Positions 8,471-18,904 of a stretch of 46,523 bases of DNA are shown here, one piece after another. Below the pieces are notes generated by a model. The model saw only the letters and a program-made list of their open reading frames with translations, ran no database searches and was not told the origin of the DNA. This DNA is from Candidatus Nomurabacteria bacterium (GTDB lineage Bacteria; Patescibacteriota; Minisyncoccia; Phycocordibacterales; UBA2100), in the NCBI GenBank assembly GCA_943356775.1, contig CALRFU010000002.1:1-46523 (forward strand), read 5' to 3'. The translations under genes were made by a program, and so were the position numbers. Numbering within the stretch: position 1 is the stretch's first letter; each line of letters opens with the position of its first letter.

Positions 8471-9249
8471 CAATCTACCAACTTTGGATTAGTTTCTACA
8501 CGATGCTCCGCAAGGACATTGTCCGCATGTTCCGTATCTGGGTACAGACCTTCCTCCCCAGCGTCATTACCTCCTGTCTCTATTTCCTAATTTTCGGTGC
8601 AGTTCTTGGCTCCAAGATTGGCGAGATGCAGGGCGTGGATTACATGAGCTTCGTCGTCCCCGGCCTCGTCATGCTCGCGATTGTGACCAACGCATACTCC
8701 AATACTTCGTTCACCTTTTTCCAGTCAAAATTCTTCTTCCGCGGCATTGACGAAATACTCGTCTCTCCTACACCTCCATGGCTCCTTATCCTCGGATTCA
8801 TCTCAGGAGGCGTGGTGCGCGGCATATTGGTCGGGACCATCGTACTTCTCATATCGACCTTCTTCACCGGACTGCATCTCGCAATATACAATCTATTCAT
8901 TATATTCGGATTCGCCGTTCTGACTGCGCTTGTGTTCTCGCTCGCAGGTCTCGTCAACGGCGTGTACGCAAAATCAATCGATGGCATCAACCTCGTGCCG
9001 ACTTTCGTCCTCACACCACTCGTATATCTCGGCGGAGTATTCTATTCGGTCCACTCACTCCCCGCCTGGGCCCAAGGCTTTACCTACATCAATCCAATCT
9101 TTTATCTCATCAACGGCTTCCGCTACGGCTTCCTCGGCATAGCCGACATCCCCGTTTGGATATCGCTCTCGGTCCTCGGAGGAATGATAGGTCTCCTTGT
9201 CGCCATCAATTGGTACCTCATCCGCACGGGACTAGGATTGAAACAGTAG
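8467..9249 (+). CDS. ABC-2 type transporter permease (YadH-like)
   Basis: Six hydrophobic segments, YMSFVVPGL, PLVYLGGVFYS, NPIFYLINGFRYGFLG; overlaps the ATPase gene. Confidence 0.92.
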   Translation: MTIYQLWISFYTMLRKDIVRMFRIWVQTFLPSVITSCLYFLIFGAVLGSKIGEMQGVDYMSFVVPGLVMLAIVTNAYSNTSFTFFQSKFFFRGIDEILVSPTPPWLLILGFISGGVVRGILVGTIVLLISTFFTGLHLAIYNLFIIFGFAVLTALVFSLAGLVNGVYAKSIDGINLVPTFVLTPLVYLGGVFYSVHSLPAWAQGFTYINPIFYLINGFRYGFLGIADIPVWISLSVLGGMIGLLVAINWYLIRTGLGLKQ

Positions 9250-9250
9250 T

Positions 9251-10678
9251 CTAGTTCCCCCTTGCGATCTCGGCCGCGAGGCCGGTGTAGTTTTCAGGAC
9301 GTAACAGTTTAAGGCGCGCTTTTACTTCTTCGCCGACCAAAAGTCCGTCGATAAATTTCGCAAAATCTTCGAGTGTCACCTGCTTGCCTCGGGTTAGTGC
9401 CTTCAATTTTTCGTACGGTACTTCAACTCCTTCACGGCGCAAAACTGTTTGAATTGCTTCTGCAATGACTTCTGGATGTTCGTCGAGTGCTGATTGAAGA
9501 GCCGTTGTGTTCACACTGATTTTTCCAAGTCCTTTTATAAGCGAATTATATGCGATAAGAGAGTGTGCAAATGCTGTTCCAAACACCCGCTCGACGGTGG
9601 AGTCCGAAAGGTCGCGCTGCAAACGAGAGATTGGGAGCTTGTTTGAGAAGTGATTAAAGAGCGCGTTGGCGACACCCAGATTTCCTTCTGCATTTTCGAA
9701 ATCGATAGGATTCACTTTGTGCGGCATCGCCGATGAGCCGACTTCGCCCTCCTTCGGCTTTTGCGTCACCCAACCATCGCTAATGTAGCGCCACATGTCT
9801 TGCGAGAAGTCGATGAGAATGACGTTGATGCGTCGCAGATTATCGAACAATTCCGCGTATGTGTCGTGCGGCTCGATTTGTGTCGTCGTATCATTCAAGG
9901 CAAGCGAAACCCGTAGGTTAAACCTACTATTGACATCTGTATTCTCTGTGTTAAATCCATCAACGAATTTCTTACTGAATTGTATCCAGTCTACCTCCGG
10001 CGCAGCGGCCACATGTGCGTTCCAATTTCCAGTGGCGCCTCCAAATTTCACCAGAATGACCGATTTCGCGAGGCTCGCAAATTGTCGTGCAATCCGCTGT
10101 TCAAACACACGAATCTCTTTGCCAAACGTAGTCGGTGAAGCGGATTGTCCGTGCGTGCGTGCAAGCATTGGTGTTGTCGCATATTCGTTCGCCATGCCGT
10201 TCAACGTCGACTGAATCTCTTCAAGCGAAGGAATCACTATCATCTCAATCGCATTCCCCAACATCGCAGCGTACGCAAGACTGTTGATATCTTCTGAGGT
10301 AAGAGCGAAGTGTATCCACTCGTTCACATCGGCAAGTGACGTACCTGCCAATTTCATTTTCAAAAAGTATTCAACGGCTTTGACGTCGTGATTCGTGGCT
10401 AGAATCTTTTCGTACCCCTCGCGTTCGATTTTTTTAATAATCTCGGCATCATCCACAGAGAAATCGACTGCAGCGGCTCGCAACATATCTTTTTCGTCGG
10501 CGGTGAGCACGCGAACGCCAACGCCATTCGTTTCCGAAAGTGCGATGATGTACTCGCACTCGACACGAACGCGCGCGCGAATCAGACCATATTCAGAAAG
10601 ATACGGCGCAAGCGATTCAGCTACCGACCGGTAGCGACCGTCTATTGAACTTACTGCGGTGAGAGGTTCAAGCGGCAT
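9251..10678 (-). CDS. purB: Adenylosuccinate lyase
   Basis: TNHDVKAVEY, LARTHGQ, GSSAMPHKVNPIDFENAEGN, SRLQRDLSDST. Confidence 0.97.
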   Translation of the reverse strand: MPLEPLTAVSSIDGRYRSVAESLAPYLSEYGLIRARVRVECEYIIALSETNGVGVRVLTADEKDMLRAAAVDFSVDDAEIIKKIEREGYEKILATNHDVKAVEYFLKMKLAGTSLADVNEWIHFALTSEDINSLAYAAMLGNAIEMIVIPSLEEIQSTLNGMANEYATTPMLARTHGQSASPTTFGKEIRVFEQRIARQFASLAKSVILVKFGGATGNWNAHVAAAPEVDWIQFSKKFVDGFNTENTDVNSRFNLRVSLALNDTTTQIEPHDTYAELFDNLRRINVILIDFSQDMWRYISDGWVTQKPKEGEVGSSAMPHKVNPIDFENAEGNLGVANALFNHFSNKLPISRLQRDLSDSTVERVFGTAFAHSLIAYNSLIKGLGKISVNTTALQSALDEHPEVIAEAIQTVLRREGVEVPYEKLKALTRGKQVTLEDFAKFIDGLLVGEEVKARLKLLRPENYTGLAAEIARGN

Positions 10679-11606
10679 ATTCTTTTAGATTGCGTTCCAT
10701 GCGCGGGATGACGGGTAATTCCCCGGGGACGAATGTCTCCCCCGTAATCTGTTCATACATCTGAATATAGCGGCGTGAGAGCTCTTCTACAAGCTCAGGT
10801 GGTGCGTCAGGAAGTGTCGCGTCTTTGTACGGGTCGCAGTTCTCCTTAAACCACAGCCGCAAGAATTCTTTGTCGAAACTCTTCGGCTCGGTACCGTTTT
10901 CCAAACTCGCTTCGTAGCCTTCCATTTGCCAGTAGCGCGAAGAATCGGGAGTGTGAATCTCATCGATGAGTACCAGCTCGCCGTTTTCATCGGTTCCGAA
11001 TTCGTACTTGGTATCGACGAGTATCAGCCCTTGGCGTGCTGCGATATCCTGACCTCGTAAGAAGAGCTTGGTCGCAGTGTCTTTGACCTTGGCGAGAAGT
11101 TTGGCAGTGATGAGTCCCTCTTCGATCATCTGGTCCGTTGAAATAGCGCGGTCGTGCGTATCTTCCTTTGTTGTCGGGTCAAAGACCGGCTGCGGAAGCT
11201 TGGTATTTTTCTTCAGTCCATCGGGGAGCGTGAGGTCGCCAAAGGTGCGCATACCACCTGAGTATCGCGTCCAAATAGCCGTATCCGTGACGCCGGTGAG
11301 ATACCCACGCATTACCGCTTCAACGGGCACCACCTTCATTTTCTTGCCCACAGTCACATTGGGGTCCGGTACCGCGAGTACATGATTCGGCACGATATCC
11401 TTCGTAGCCTCAAACCACCACGCACTTATCTCATTGAGTACCTGCCCCTTCCACGGGATATGCGCAATGACGCGGTCAAAAGATGAATGGCGGTCGGTCG
11501 TAATCAATACGAGACGGTCCGGCTGTATGTATATGTCGCGCACCTTGCCGGTTTTCTTCTCACCTATAAAATCAAAATTCGTTTCGCGAAGGACTTCCAT
11601 ATTCAT
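10668..11606 (-). CDS. purC: SAICAR synthetase
   Basis: GKVRDIY, TDRHSSFD, LVDTKYEFG, DEIHTPDSSRYW, DKEFLR. Confidence 0.96.
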   Translation of the reverse strand: MNMEVLRETNFDFIGEKKTGKVRDIYIQPDRLVLITTDRHSSFDRVIAHIPWKGQVLNEISAWWFEATKDIVPNHVLAVPDPNVTVGKKMKVVPVEAVMRGYLTGVTDTAIWTRYSGGMRTFGDLTLPDGLKKNTKLPQPVFDPTTKEDTHDRAISTDQMIEEGLITAKLLAKVKDTATKLFLRGQDIAARQGLILVDTKYEFGTDENGELVLIDEIHTPDSSRYWQMEGYEASLENGTEPKSFDKEFLRLWFKENCDPYKDATLPDAPPELVEELSRRYIQMYEQITGETFVPGELPVIPRMERNLKEYAA

Positions 11607-11611
11607 ATATT

Positions 11612-12655
11612 CTATTTCCAATTAAGCTCGCCGGTAAATTTGACCGTCTTACTCCCTTCCGTGATAACCCCCACCTCATACGCCTCGACTCCCTGTGATT
11701 TTATATGAGCCATCGCCTCTTCAGCGAATTCTTTCCGAACGACCGCGGTAATACCAACACCCATGTTGAATGTCCGCATCATGTCAGCGTCTTCAAGATT
11801 GCCGAATTTCTTCAAAGTCTGGAATATCGGGAGAATTCTTACCTGCGAGAGGTCGACGTTGGCGCTGAGAGCTTCCGGCAATATGCGATTGAGATTTTCT
11901 CCGATGCCGCCGCCCGTTATGTGTGCAAGCCCTACCAGTCCGTCATTCTCAAAAAGATCTTTCAGGCAGTTGTAGTAGGCACGATGCGGAGTGAGTACGG
12001 CGGTGATGAACGGCATGCCCCCCACTTCTTCTGCAAGAATCTCCGGAGCAGCTTCCATAATCTTGCGGACGAGGGAAAGTCCGTTGGTATGCACCCCGCT
12101 TGAGGAAAGTGCGATGACGACGTCACCGTCCTGGATTTTTGAGCCGTCGATGATGCGATCTTTCTCTACGACGCCGGTGATGCTTGCGGTGAGGATGTAG
12201 GTTCCCGGTGCGACGACGCCAGGCTGTTCCGAAGTCTCACCACCGGTCAATACGCAGGCATTATCTTTGCATGCTTCGGAAAGTGAGGACACGATTTTCA
12301 AAATGACATCTTTTTCGAGCTTCCCGCACACGATGCAATCCTGTACAGAGAGCGGCTTCGCCCCCATCACAATGGCGTCATTCACGAGGTGATTGATGAG
12401 GTCTTGGCATATAGTCTCAATACTCCCGTGCTCAAAAGCGAGTTTCTGTTTGCTCCCGGGTTCTTCAGTCTTGAATACAAGAACGGGGTGCTTGTATTCG
12501 GGGAAAGCCCCGTCGAAGAGCGACGCGAAAGCGCCGACTTTGTTGAGAACGCGTACGTTGGCGCTCTCCAATATTCCCGCCATCTGGCGTTTCGTGTCGT
12601 TGGCGGTATCAATATCTACTCCCGATGTTTTGTAAGATAATTTTTTATCTGTCAT
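11612..12655 (-). CDS. purM: Phosphoribosylformylglycinamidine cyclo-ligase (AIR synthetase)
   Basis: [44 protein letters not shown]. Confidence 0.95.
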   Translation of the reverse strand: MTDKKLSYKTSGVDIDTANDTKRQMAGILESANVRVLNKVGAFASLFDGAFPEYKHPVLVFKTEEPGSKQKLAFEHGSIETICQDLINHLVNDAIVMGAKPLSVQDCIVCGKLEKDVILKIVSSLSEACKDNACVLTGGETSEQPGVVAPGTYILTASITGVVEKDRIIDGSKIQDGDVVIALSSSGVHTNGLSLVRKIMEAAPEILAEEVGGMPFITAVLTPHRAYYNCLKDLFENDGLVGLAHITGGGIGENLNRILPEALSANVDLSQVRILPIFQTLKKFGNLEDADMMRTFNMGVGITAVVRKEFAEEAMAHIKSQGVEAYEVGVITEGSKTVKFTGELNWK

Positions 12656-13185
12656 ATCAATCCCTGCTCCTCGAGGTATTTTTTGAAGCCTTTTTCTTGC
12701 AGACTATCGTCTTTGGCGACGATGTCCCCCGCCATCTTTTCTTTGTACGCAACGATTTTAGCGCGTACGCCCATATCCCCTGCGCCGATTATTTGCGCGG
12801 CGAGAATTCCCGCATTTTTCGCGCTGCCGATGCCCACCGTCGCAACAGGAATGCCCGGCGGCATCTGCACGGTGGAAAAGAGCGAGTCCACCCCTGCAGC
12901 TCCCATTTTGGCCGCCATCATCGGGACTCCTATCACCGGAAGCGCGGTATGCGCCGCAACGACTCCCGCCAAATGTGCGGCGCCTCCGGCGCCGCAGATA
13001 AAGACTTTGTAACCATCCGCTTCGCTCTTTTGTATGTATTCAACGACTACTTCCGGTGTGCGGTGCGCCGAGAGTGTATGCACTTCATATCCGATGCCAA
13101 ATTCCTCCAACACCTTTGCCGCCTCCTGCATGACCGGCAAGTCCGAATCAGAACCCATAAGAATTCCTACGAGTGGTTTGTTCAT
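12652..13185 (-). CDS. purE: N5-CAIR mutase (class I PurE)
   Basis: [39 protein letters not shown]. Confidence 0.97.
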   Translation of the reverse strand: MNKPLVGILMGSDSDLPVMQEAAKVLEEFGIGYEVHTLSAHRTPEVVVEYIQKSEADGYKVFICGAGGAAHLAGVVAAHTALPVIGVPMMAAKMGAAGVDSLFSTVQMPPGIPVATVGIGSAKNAGILAAQIIGAGDMGVRAKIVAYKEKMAGDIVAKDDSLQEKGFKKYLEEQGLI

Positions 13186-13952
13186 ATGAAGTAGTTTACC
13201 GCATTTTTAAAGATTTGAAGCCCGGGGCCTTCTGTTGGCAATTCTTTACCACCGCGTACGTATTCCTCCCGGAGATTCGTCCAGTGCGGTAGCTGCGTGA
13301 AGCGCACCGCACGCTCGGGATGCGGCATGAGCCCTAAGACGCGGCCGTTGTGTGAAGTGACTCCCGCGATATTTTCGAGTGAGCCGTTGGGATTCGCGGC
13401 CATGCTGAAATGCTTTGCAGTCTCACCTTCCACATACTTGAGCGCGATCTGACTCGCCTTACTTAGTAAAGCGAGTTGGGATGGTGGTGCGTAGTATTTA
13501 CCTTCCCCATGCGCGATCGGCACCGACAGGGTCTTGATGTCCTTGAGCCACGGGCTCTCGCCTGTCACCTCAAGGTCGACCCAGCGGCACGAGAAGCGGC
13601 CGGAATCATTGGTAAGAAGCGCGCCATCTACGAGTCCCGCATTGGTGAGTATTTGGAATCCATTGCAGATGCCTATCATAAGGGTGTCACGCTTGAGGAA
13701 TTCCTCGATTGCAGCGCCGAGATGCTGTTTGAGCCGATTGCCATACGCCTTGCCCGAGCCGGTGTCGTCACCGTAAGAAAACCCACCGGGCATGACGAGT
13801 ATTTGTGCCTTCTGCAAAAGCGAAGGCTTTGCGATGAGGTCGTTGATGTGCACGATGTCAGCTGTGGCTCCGACGGACTCAAACGCGGACTTGGTCTCGT
13901 CTTCGGTGTTGAGACCGTATCCGGAAAATATAATGACGTGTGGTTTTTTCAT
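13182..13952 (-). CDS. purQ: FGAM synthase glutaminase subunit
   Basis: PGGFSYGD, GICNGFQIL, AHGEG, NPNGS, GLMPHPER. Confidence 0.96.
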   Translation of the reverse strand: MKKPHVIIFSGYGLNTEDETKSAFESVGATADIVHINDLIAKPSLLQKAQILVMPGGFSYGDDTGSGKAYGNRLKQHLGAAIEEFLKRDTLMIGICNGFQILTNAGLVDGALLTNDSGRFSCRWVDLEVTGESPWLKDIKTLSVPIAHGEGKYYAPPSQLALLSKASQIALKYVEGETAKHFSMAANPNGSLENIAGVTSHNGRVLGLMPHPERAVRFTQLPHWTNLREEYVRGGKELPTEGPGLQIFKNAVNYFI

Positions 13953-13976
13953 ATTATTTATAGTGAGCATGTCGAA

Positions 13977-16892
13977 CTACCAATGTTTAAAGAACGACCG
14001 GTAACTTTCGGTCAACGTTGAGAGCGGAAGTTCGACCGCGGCTTCCGGTAGTTTTATAGAGAGTGACGCTGCCTGGACGACTTCACCGATATTCGCGAAC
14101 GCTACGCCTTTCATGGCTTTCTCAAATTCCTTCTGCGAAGTACGGGCAACGGATAGAAGGAGTCGTCCTTGGCTTTCTGAGAACATCACCGCTTCATCGC
14201 TCTTGGCGTTGCCCGGCAGTTTCGCAAGATTGAGTTGTGCGCCGAGTTGCCCTGCGACTGCAGACTTCGCGAGTGCAATGCCGAGCCCCCCGCGACCGAC
14301 GCCGACAGCAGAAACGACGAGACCTTTTTGTATCGCTTTAGATAACGCATCATACGTCTTTGCGTTCTTTTTTACATCAACAACGGGTACCGTACCTGCG
14401 CCACCGTATTCGGATGCACCGAGTTCGTCATTGGTGTCGCCGATTACATACACGAGGTCGCCCACGCGCTTGAAATCTATTGTCATGGTTTTTGATACGT
14501 CGGGAATCACGCCGATTGCGGACACGAGAAGTGTCGGAAGTGCCGCGATATGAGTAGGCTTGCCGTCAGCCGTATATCCGCGGAAATCGTTGAACATCGA
14601 GTCTTTTCCGGAAATGAAAGGCGTGCCGTATGCGGTCGCTATGTCGTAACAGGCTTTCGCCGCTTGTTTTAATTCATACAAACGCTCCGGCTTCTCGGAA
14701 GACGACCAGCAGAAGTTGTCGAGAATAGCGAGATAGTCGCGCGAAGCTCCCGCCGCGATAGCGTTGCGAACTGCCGTATCAATGGCAGCGGCCGCCATCG
14801 CGTATGTATCAATCTGCGAATACCAAGGTGTATACCCGTGCGAAAGCACAACGCCTTTTGTAGAATCGAAAACTGGTTTAATGACCCCCGCATCTGCATT
14901 CACGCGACCCTTGCCTTGGAGCGGCTTCGTGACTGATGTGCCCTGCACTTCGTGGTCGTATTGCTGCGACACAAACGAGATAGAGCCGAGATTTGGCCCC
15001 GAGAGCATCCGGAGAATTGCTTGGGCGGGTTCTTCCGGAGAGATTTTCTCTTGCAGGACTACGCGTTTCGGCTCGGCACTTTTTTGCTGCTCAACAGGAC
15101 GTCCATCGTGCAGAAAATCAAGAGAAATATCGGAAATAATCCTTCCTGTATGGCGGATAATGACACGCTCGGATTTGGTGAACTCCCCGATACGCGTTGC
15201 TTCCACATCGTGCCGGTCACAAATCTTTTTGAACGCTGCCCACTTTGCCTTCGGCACTGCGAGTGTCATACGCTCTTGTGATTCAGAAAGCCATATTTGC
15301 CAAGGAGCGAGGCCGGGGTACTTAAGCGGGATTTTCTCAAGATCAACGACGGCTCCGCCGCTCTCACCCGCCATCTCGCCTACTGAGCCTGAGAGGCCTC
15401 CTGCTCCGTCGTCGGTAATGCTGGAATAGAGACCTTTATCGCGGGCTTCGCGAATGAGAACATCCGAAAGTTTCTTCTGTGTGATCGGGTCTCCGATTTG
15501 AACGGCTGTCGCAGGAGAGCCTGAAGAGAGTGATTCCGATGAGAATGTGGCGCCGTGAATGCCGTCCAGTCCGACGCGACCGCCGAGCATCACAATGTAA
15601 TCGCCTGGTTTTGCCTTTTTCTCGTAGAGCTTACGACCTTTGTTTTTGCGCGGGATAAGACCTACCGTCCCGCCGAAGACCAGCGGCTTTCCGCGATAAC
15701 TGGGGTCTACCGCGATAAATCCGAGCGGAGTCGGGATACCGCTCTGATTGCCCCCGGCATTGATGCCGCGAATAACGCCTTCGAGAATGCGACGTGCCGG
15801 TAAGAGCGGCTGCGTCTTTGCCTGGTCGCGGAAGAGTTCGGTCTTGTCGTTCGGGTCGGCGACGAAAAATCCGTACACATTCGCAATCGGCTTTGCACCA
15901 AGTCCGAATCCGAGACAATCGCGATTCACCCCCACGATCGCCGTCACCGAACCGCCAAATGGATCGAGTCCTGATGGAGAATTATGCGTCTCGACTTTGT
16001 GCGTAATCAAATATTTCTCATCGAATGCAATGGCGCCAGAATTGTCTTTAAATACGGAAACGCAAAAATCTTTTTTGCCTTTTGCTTTGCGTATTCTTTC
16101 TGTTGCACCCTTGATGTAGCGGTTATAAATCCCCTCTTTCACCTCGTCGAGCGGGTCGGCGAATATCGTGTGCTTACAGTGTTCCGACCATGCTTGCGCA
16201 AGCGCCTCAAGCTCGATATCCGTCGGGTTCCTTTTTTGTTTCTTGAAATAATCACGTATCACTTCGAGCTGCTTCAGCGAGAGAGCAAGCGGACCACGCC
16301 GTGTACCTTCGGCATTTTTGATGCCTTCTTTGCCGATGCGGGACAATTCGGCATCATCCACATCGAGACTGACTTCGTCGACAGAGGTGTGTTCGTGAAG
16401 TTCGACGCGCGGAACGATAACTTTGAAATCAGAACCGGCGGGATAGACACTTGCGCGCTCGATGAGCGGATTATGCAATTCGCGCGCCATTGCGTGCGCT
16501 TCCTCTTGCGAAAGACTGCCCGAGAGAAAAAGGAAGTACGACGAGTACACTTCTCCCTCCCCAAGACTCCGCCCGAGACAATCCTCAATCGTTTCCCGCG
16601 CCGTGCGTCCCACATTATCGGTAACTCCCGGAAGGCACCCGATTTCAAGTGCGTACGAGAAATTGCCCGGTGTGGGGATTTTGCCTGTCGAGGATACTTC
16701 CGTAACGGGGTGCGTGAGCCGCTCGGCGACGCGTCTGAGCTCATCGGGAGTCAAATCTGCATCGACCGTATACGCCTGAACGTAAGAAGCGCCTTCTAGG
16801 GCGCTTTGGGGAAACAGAGCTTTCAGACTGCGGAGGAGGCTTTCGGCGCGCGCGTCCTCAACTTTCGAAGAGACGGCTATCCGATGTGTCAT
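13977..16892 (-). CDS. purL: FGAM synthase subunit PurL with an N-terminal PurS-like extension
   Basis: QAWSEHCKH, KVETHNSPS, DGIHGATFSS, VQIGDP, SESQERM, ISGKDS; 971 aa. Confidence 0.96.
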   Translation of the reverse strand: MTHRIAVSSKVEDARAESLLRSLKALFPQSALEGASYVQAYTVDADLTPDELRRVAERLTHPVTEVSSTGKIPTPGNFSYALEIGCLPGVTDNVGRTARETIEDCLGRSLGEGEVYSSYFLFLSGSLSQEEAHAMARELHNPLIERASVYPAGSDFKVIVPRVELHEHTSVDEVSLDVDDAELSRIGKEGIKNAEGTRRGPLALSLKQLEVIRDYFKKQKRNPTDIELEALAQAWSEHCKHTIFADPLDEVKEGIYNRYIKGATERIRKAKGKKDFCVSVFKDNSGAIAFDEKYLITHKVETHNSPSGLDPFGGSVTAIVGVNRDCLGFGLGAKPIANVYGFFVADPNDKTELFRDQAKTQPLLPARRILEGVIRGINAGGNQSGIPTPLGFIAVDPSYRGKPLVFGGTVGLIPRKNKGRKLYEKKAKPGDYIVMLGGRVGLDGIHGATFSSESLSSGSPATAVQIGDPITQKKLSDVLIREARDKGLYSSITDDGAGGLSGSVGEMAGESGGAVVDLEKIPLKYPGLAPWQIWLSESQERMTLAVPKAKWAAFKKICDRHDVEATRIGEFTKSERVIIRHTGRIISDISLDFLHDGRPVEQQKSAEPKRVVLQEKISPEEPAQAILRMLSGPNLGSISFVSQQYDHEVQGTSVTKPLQGKGRVNADAGVIKPVFDSTKGVVLSHGYTPWYSQIDTYAMAAAAIDTAVRNAIAAGASRDYLAILDNFCWSSSEKPERLYELKQAAKACYDIATAYGTPFISGKDSMFNDFRGYTADGKPTHIAALPTLLVSAIGVIPDVSKTMTIDFKRVGDLVYVIGDTNDELGASEYGGAGTVPVVDVKKNAKTYDALSKAIQKGLVVSAVGVGRGGLGIALAKSAVAGQLGAQLNLAKLPGNAKSDEAVMFSESQGRLLLSVARTSQKEFEKAMKGVAFANIGEVVQAASLSIKLPEAAVELPLSTLTESYRSFFKHW

Positions 16893-16964
16893 AGGCCATT
16901 GTACTACTATTGACAGAATAAGTCAAGCATTGGTAAATGCCGACTGCCCATGTATGCTCGGCTC

Positions 16965-17969
16965 ATGAAAGGAAAGCGTGAACATCTTGTCCTAGCAGGA
17001 TTGCTCAAGAAGCTCGCGCCTAAAGTAGGTGCACACGTGCTTCTTGAGCCCGAGTGGCGCATCGCCGGGCAGATACAGTACAAAGACGGCTCAAATCGCT
17101 ATTTCCGCTACAACACCCTCGACCTCAATCCGGTCGGCGCATCGGATATTGCGAAGGATAAGGACTACGCAAATTTTTTCATGGCTCGTATGGGCTACCC
17201 GACCGTTCGCGGAAAATCTTTCTTTTCGGGCGAATGGTGCGAGGCTATCGGCTCCCGGCGCGATGCCAAGGCGGGATATGCGTACGCGCAGAAGCTGGGC
17301 TTCCCCCTCATCGTAAAGCCCAATTCGGGTACCCAGGGTACCGACGTCTCGCTCGTACACACCAAGCAAGAATTCTTCCGTGCGATGAAACAAGTCTTCA
17401 AGCACGACCGCGTCGCACTCGTGCAAAAGCGCGTCGCCGGTAAAGATTATCGTATCGTTGTTTTGGACAAAGAAATAATTTCGGCGTACGAGCGCATTCC
17501 GCTCAACGTCATAGGCGACGGCCGCTCCACCATCAAACAACTGCTTGCAAAGAAGGCGCGAGGGTTCGTGGCATCGAGTCGCGATACCCGTATCAATCTC
17601 AAGAACCCGCGCATCACGGCCAAGCTCAAACATCAAGGACTATCCTTGACGCATGTCCCCCGAGCCGACGAGCGCGTATATCTTTTGGACAACGCCAATC
17701 TCTCGACGGGCGGTGATGCGGTGGACGTGACGGAAGAAATACATCCTAAATTCAAAAAGCTCGCTATCAAGCTGACGAAGGACATGGGGCTGCGCCTCTG
17801 TGGAGTCGACCTCATGGTGGATGGCGATATCAGAGAGAAGCCGGAGAAATATTCAATACTTGAGATAAACGCCGCGCCGGGATTGGATCACTACGTAAAG
17901 ACGGGGAAAGCGCAACAAAAAATTGTCGAAGATTTGTATTTGAAAGTTCTCAAAAGTCTTGCAAGATGA
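16965..17969 (+). CDS. ATP-grasp ligase resembling the cyanophycin synthetase/GshF ATP-grasp domain
   Basis: AKDKD, FPLIVKPNSG.QG..V, DYRIVV, AYERIP..VIGDG.STI..L, ANLSTGG, GVDL, LEINAAPG. Confidence 0.85.
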   Translation: MKGKREHLVLAGLLKKLAPKVGAHVLLEPEWRIAGQIQYKDGSNRYFRYNTLDLNPVGASDIAKDKDYANFFMARMGYPTVRGKSFFSGEWCEAIGSRRDAKAGYAYAQKLGFPLIVKPNSGTQGTDVSLVHTKQEFFRAMKQVFKHDRVALVQKRVAGKDYRIVVLDKEIISAYERIPLNVIGDGRSTIKQLLAKKARGFVASSRDTRINLKNPRITAKLKHQGLSLTHVPRADERVYLLDNANLSTGGDAVDVTEEIHPKFKKLAIKLTKDMGLRLCGVDLMVDGDIREKPEKYSILEINAAPGLDHYVKTGKAQQKIVEDLYLKVLKSLAR

Positions 17970-17972
17970 TTC

Positions 17973-18000
17973 TTGACAGTAAAATTTTTAATCGTATGAT
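17973..18000 (+). promoter_or_regulatory. Putative sigma70 promoter of the LOG-family gene
   Basis: TTGACA-16 nt-TATGAT. Confidence 0.6.
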
Positions 18001-18115
18001 CTCACGTTAGTGCCGCCGCCACTTTCGGCTTTACAAAGGTGGTGCCAAATCTGACGGGAAAACCCGCAGATACTCAACTGTCTCCCATGGGAGCAAACCA
18101 AAAGGTTTATGTGCC

Positions 18116-18844
18116 GTGAAAACTGATACGAACGTGGTCCCATCGGGAACCGGTACCGAAACGCGTCCACTCACCCCCCCGACAGCCGAGGAAGCCTTCG
18201 CGGAGGCGTGGCAAGGTCTCGAGAGGCTAGACCAAAGCTTGACACCGGAACGGAAATTCCGCGTCGTCCTCTTTGGGAGTGCTCGCGTGCCCGAAGATGA
18301 CCCGGTCTATGGCGACTGCTACCAACTCGGCAAGGCCATCGGCCAACATCGGATCGGCGGCGTTACGGGAGGAGGCCCCAGCCTCATGACTGCATTCAAC
18401 AAAGGCATCGTCGAAGGGTGGGCTGGGCAACCGGAGGCCTACAGTCACGGCGTCTGCATCAAGCAGATCAATCGCGATGAAGCTCCGAATGTTTTCCTCC
18501 GGCAGGCCTATTACCATCGCCTGATTCTCACGAGACTGCACCAATTCGTGAGGCTCGGGCACTGGGGAGCAATCATTCTGGCTGAGAAAGGTGGGTATGG
18601 CAGTGACCTCGAAAAGGCGCTGATACACCAGCTCCTTCAATTTAGACAGATGGACGTTCCGCTGATCGCCATCGGTCCGATGTGGAAAGCACGCAAAGCA
18701 TGGGAAAAAGCCTGGATTATCGACCAAAACTTGGCCGAACCCCACGATCTCGACTACATGCAGTGCGTTCCCAAAGCGATGGACGCGCTGCCAATCATTC
18801 TTGAAGCGCATGCGCGCTACAAGGCAAAGAAGGCCGCGGGTTGA
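18116..18844 (+). CDS. LOG family nucleotide monophosphate nucleosidase-like protein
   Basis: VVLFGSAR, TGGGPSLM.A.N.G, GGYGS..E (variant of PGGxGTxxE). Confidence 0.8.
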   Translation: MKTDTNVVPSGTGTETRPLTPPTAEEAFAEAWQGLERLDQSLTPERKFRVVLFGSARVPEDDPVYGDCYQLGKAIGQHRIGGVTGGGPSLMTAFNKGIVEGWAGQPEAYSHGVCIKQINRDEAPNVFLRQAYYHRLILTRLHQFVRLGHWGAIILAEKGGYGSDLEKALIHQLLQFRQMDVPLIAIGPMWKARKAWEKAWIIDQNLAEPHDLDYMQCVPKAMDALPIILEAHARYKAKKAAG

Positions 18845-18863
18845 CCGCGACCATAGAATATCT

Positions 18864-18904
18864 GGAACCCTCTGCTGCGGTGCGGCAGGGGGGTCCATCT
18901 TTTT
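18864..18904 (+). terminator. Terminator of the LOG gene
   Basis: ACCCTCTGCTGC-GGT-GCGGCAGGGGGGT stem then T-tract. Confidence 0.6.

Noticed and set aside
14113-16799. Long antisense ORFs inside purL (and similar ones inside uppS, dipZ, GH1 and lepA)
   Set aside because: Shadow frames of well-supported genes, with no motifs of their own.
16893-16964. Purine/ZTP riboswitch upstream of purL (also checked before glyA and the PurH-like gene)
   Set aside because: The spacers are too short, purL and the PurH-like gene have -10 boxes directly before their start codons, and no aptamer consensus was seen.
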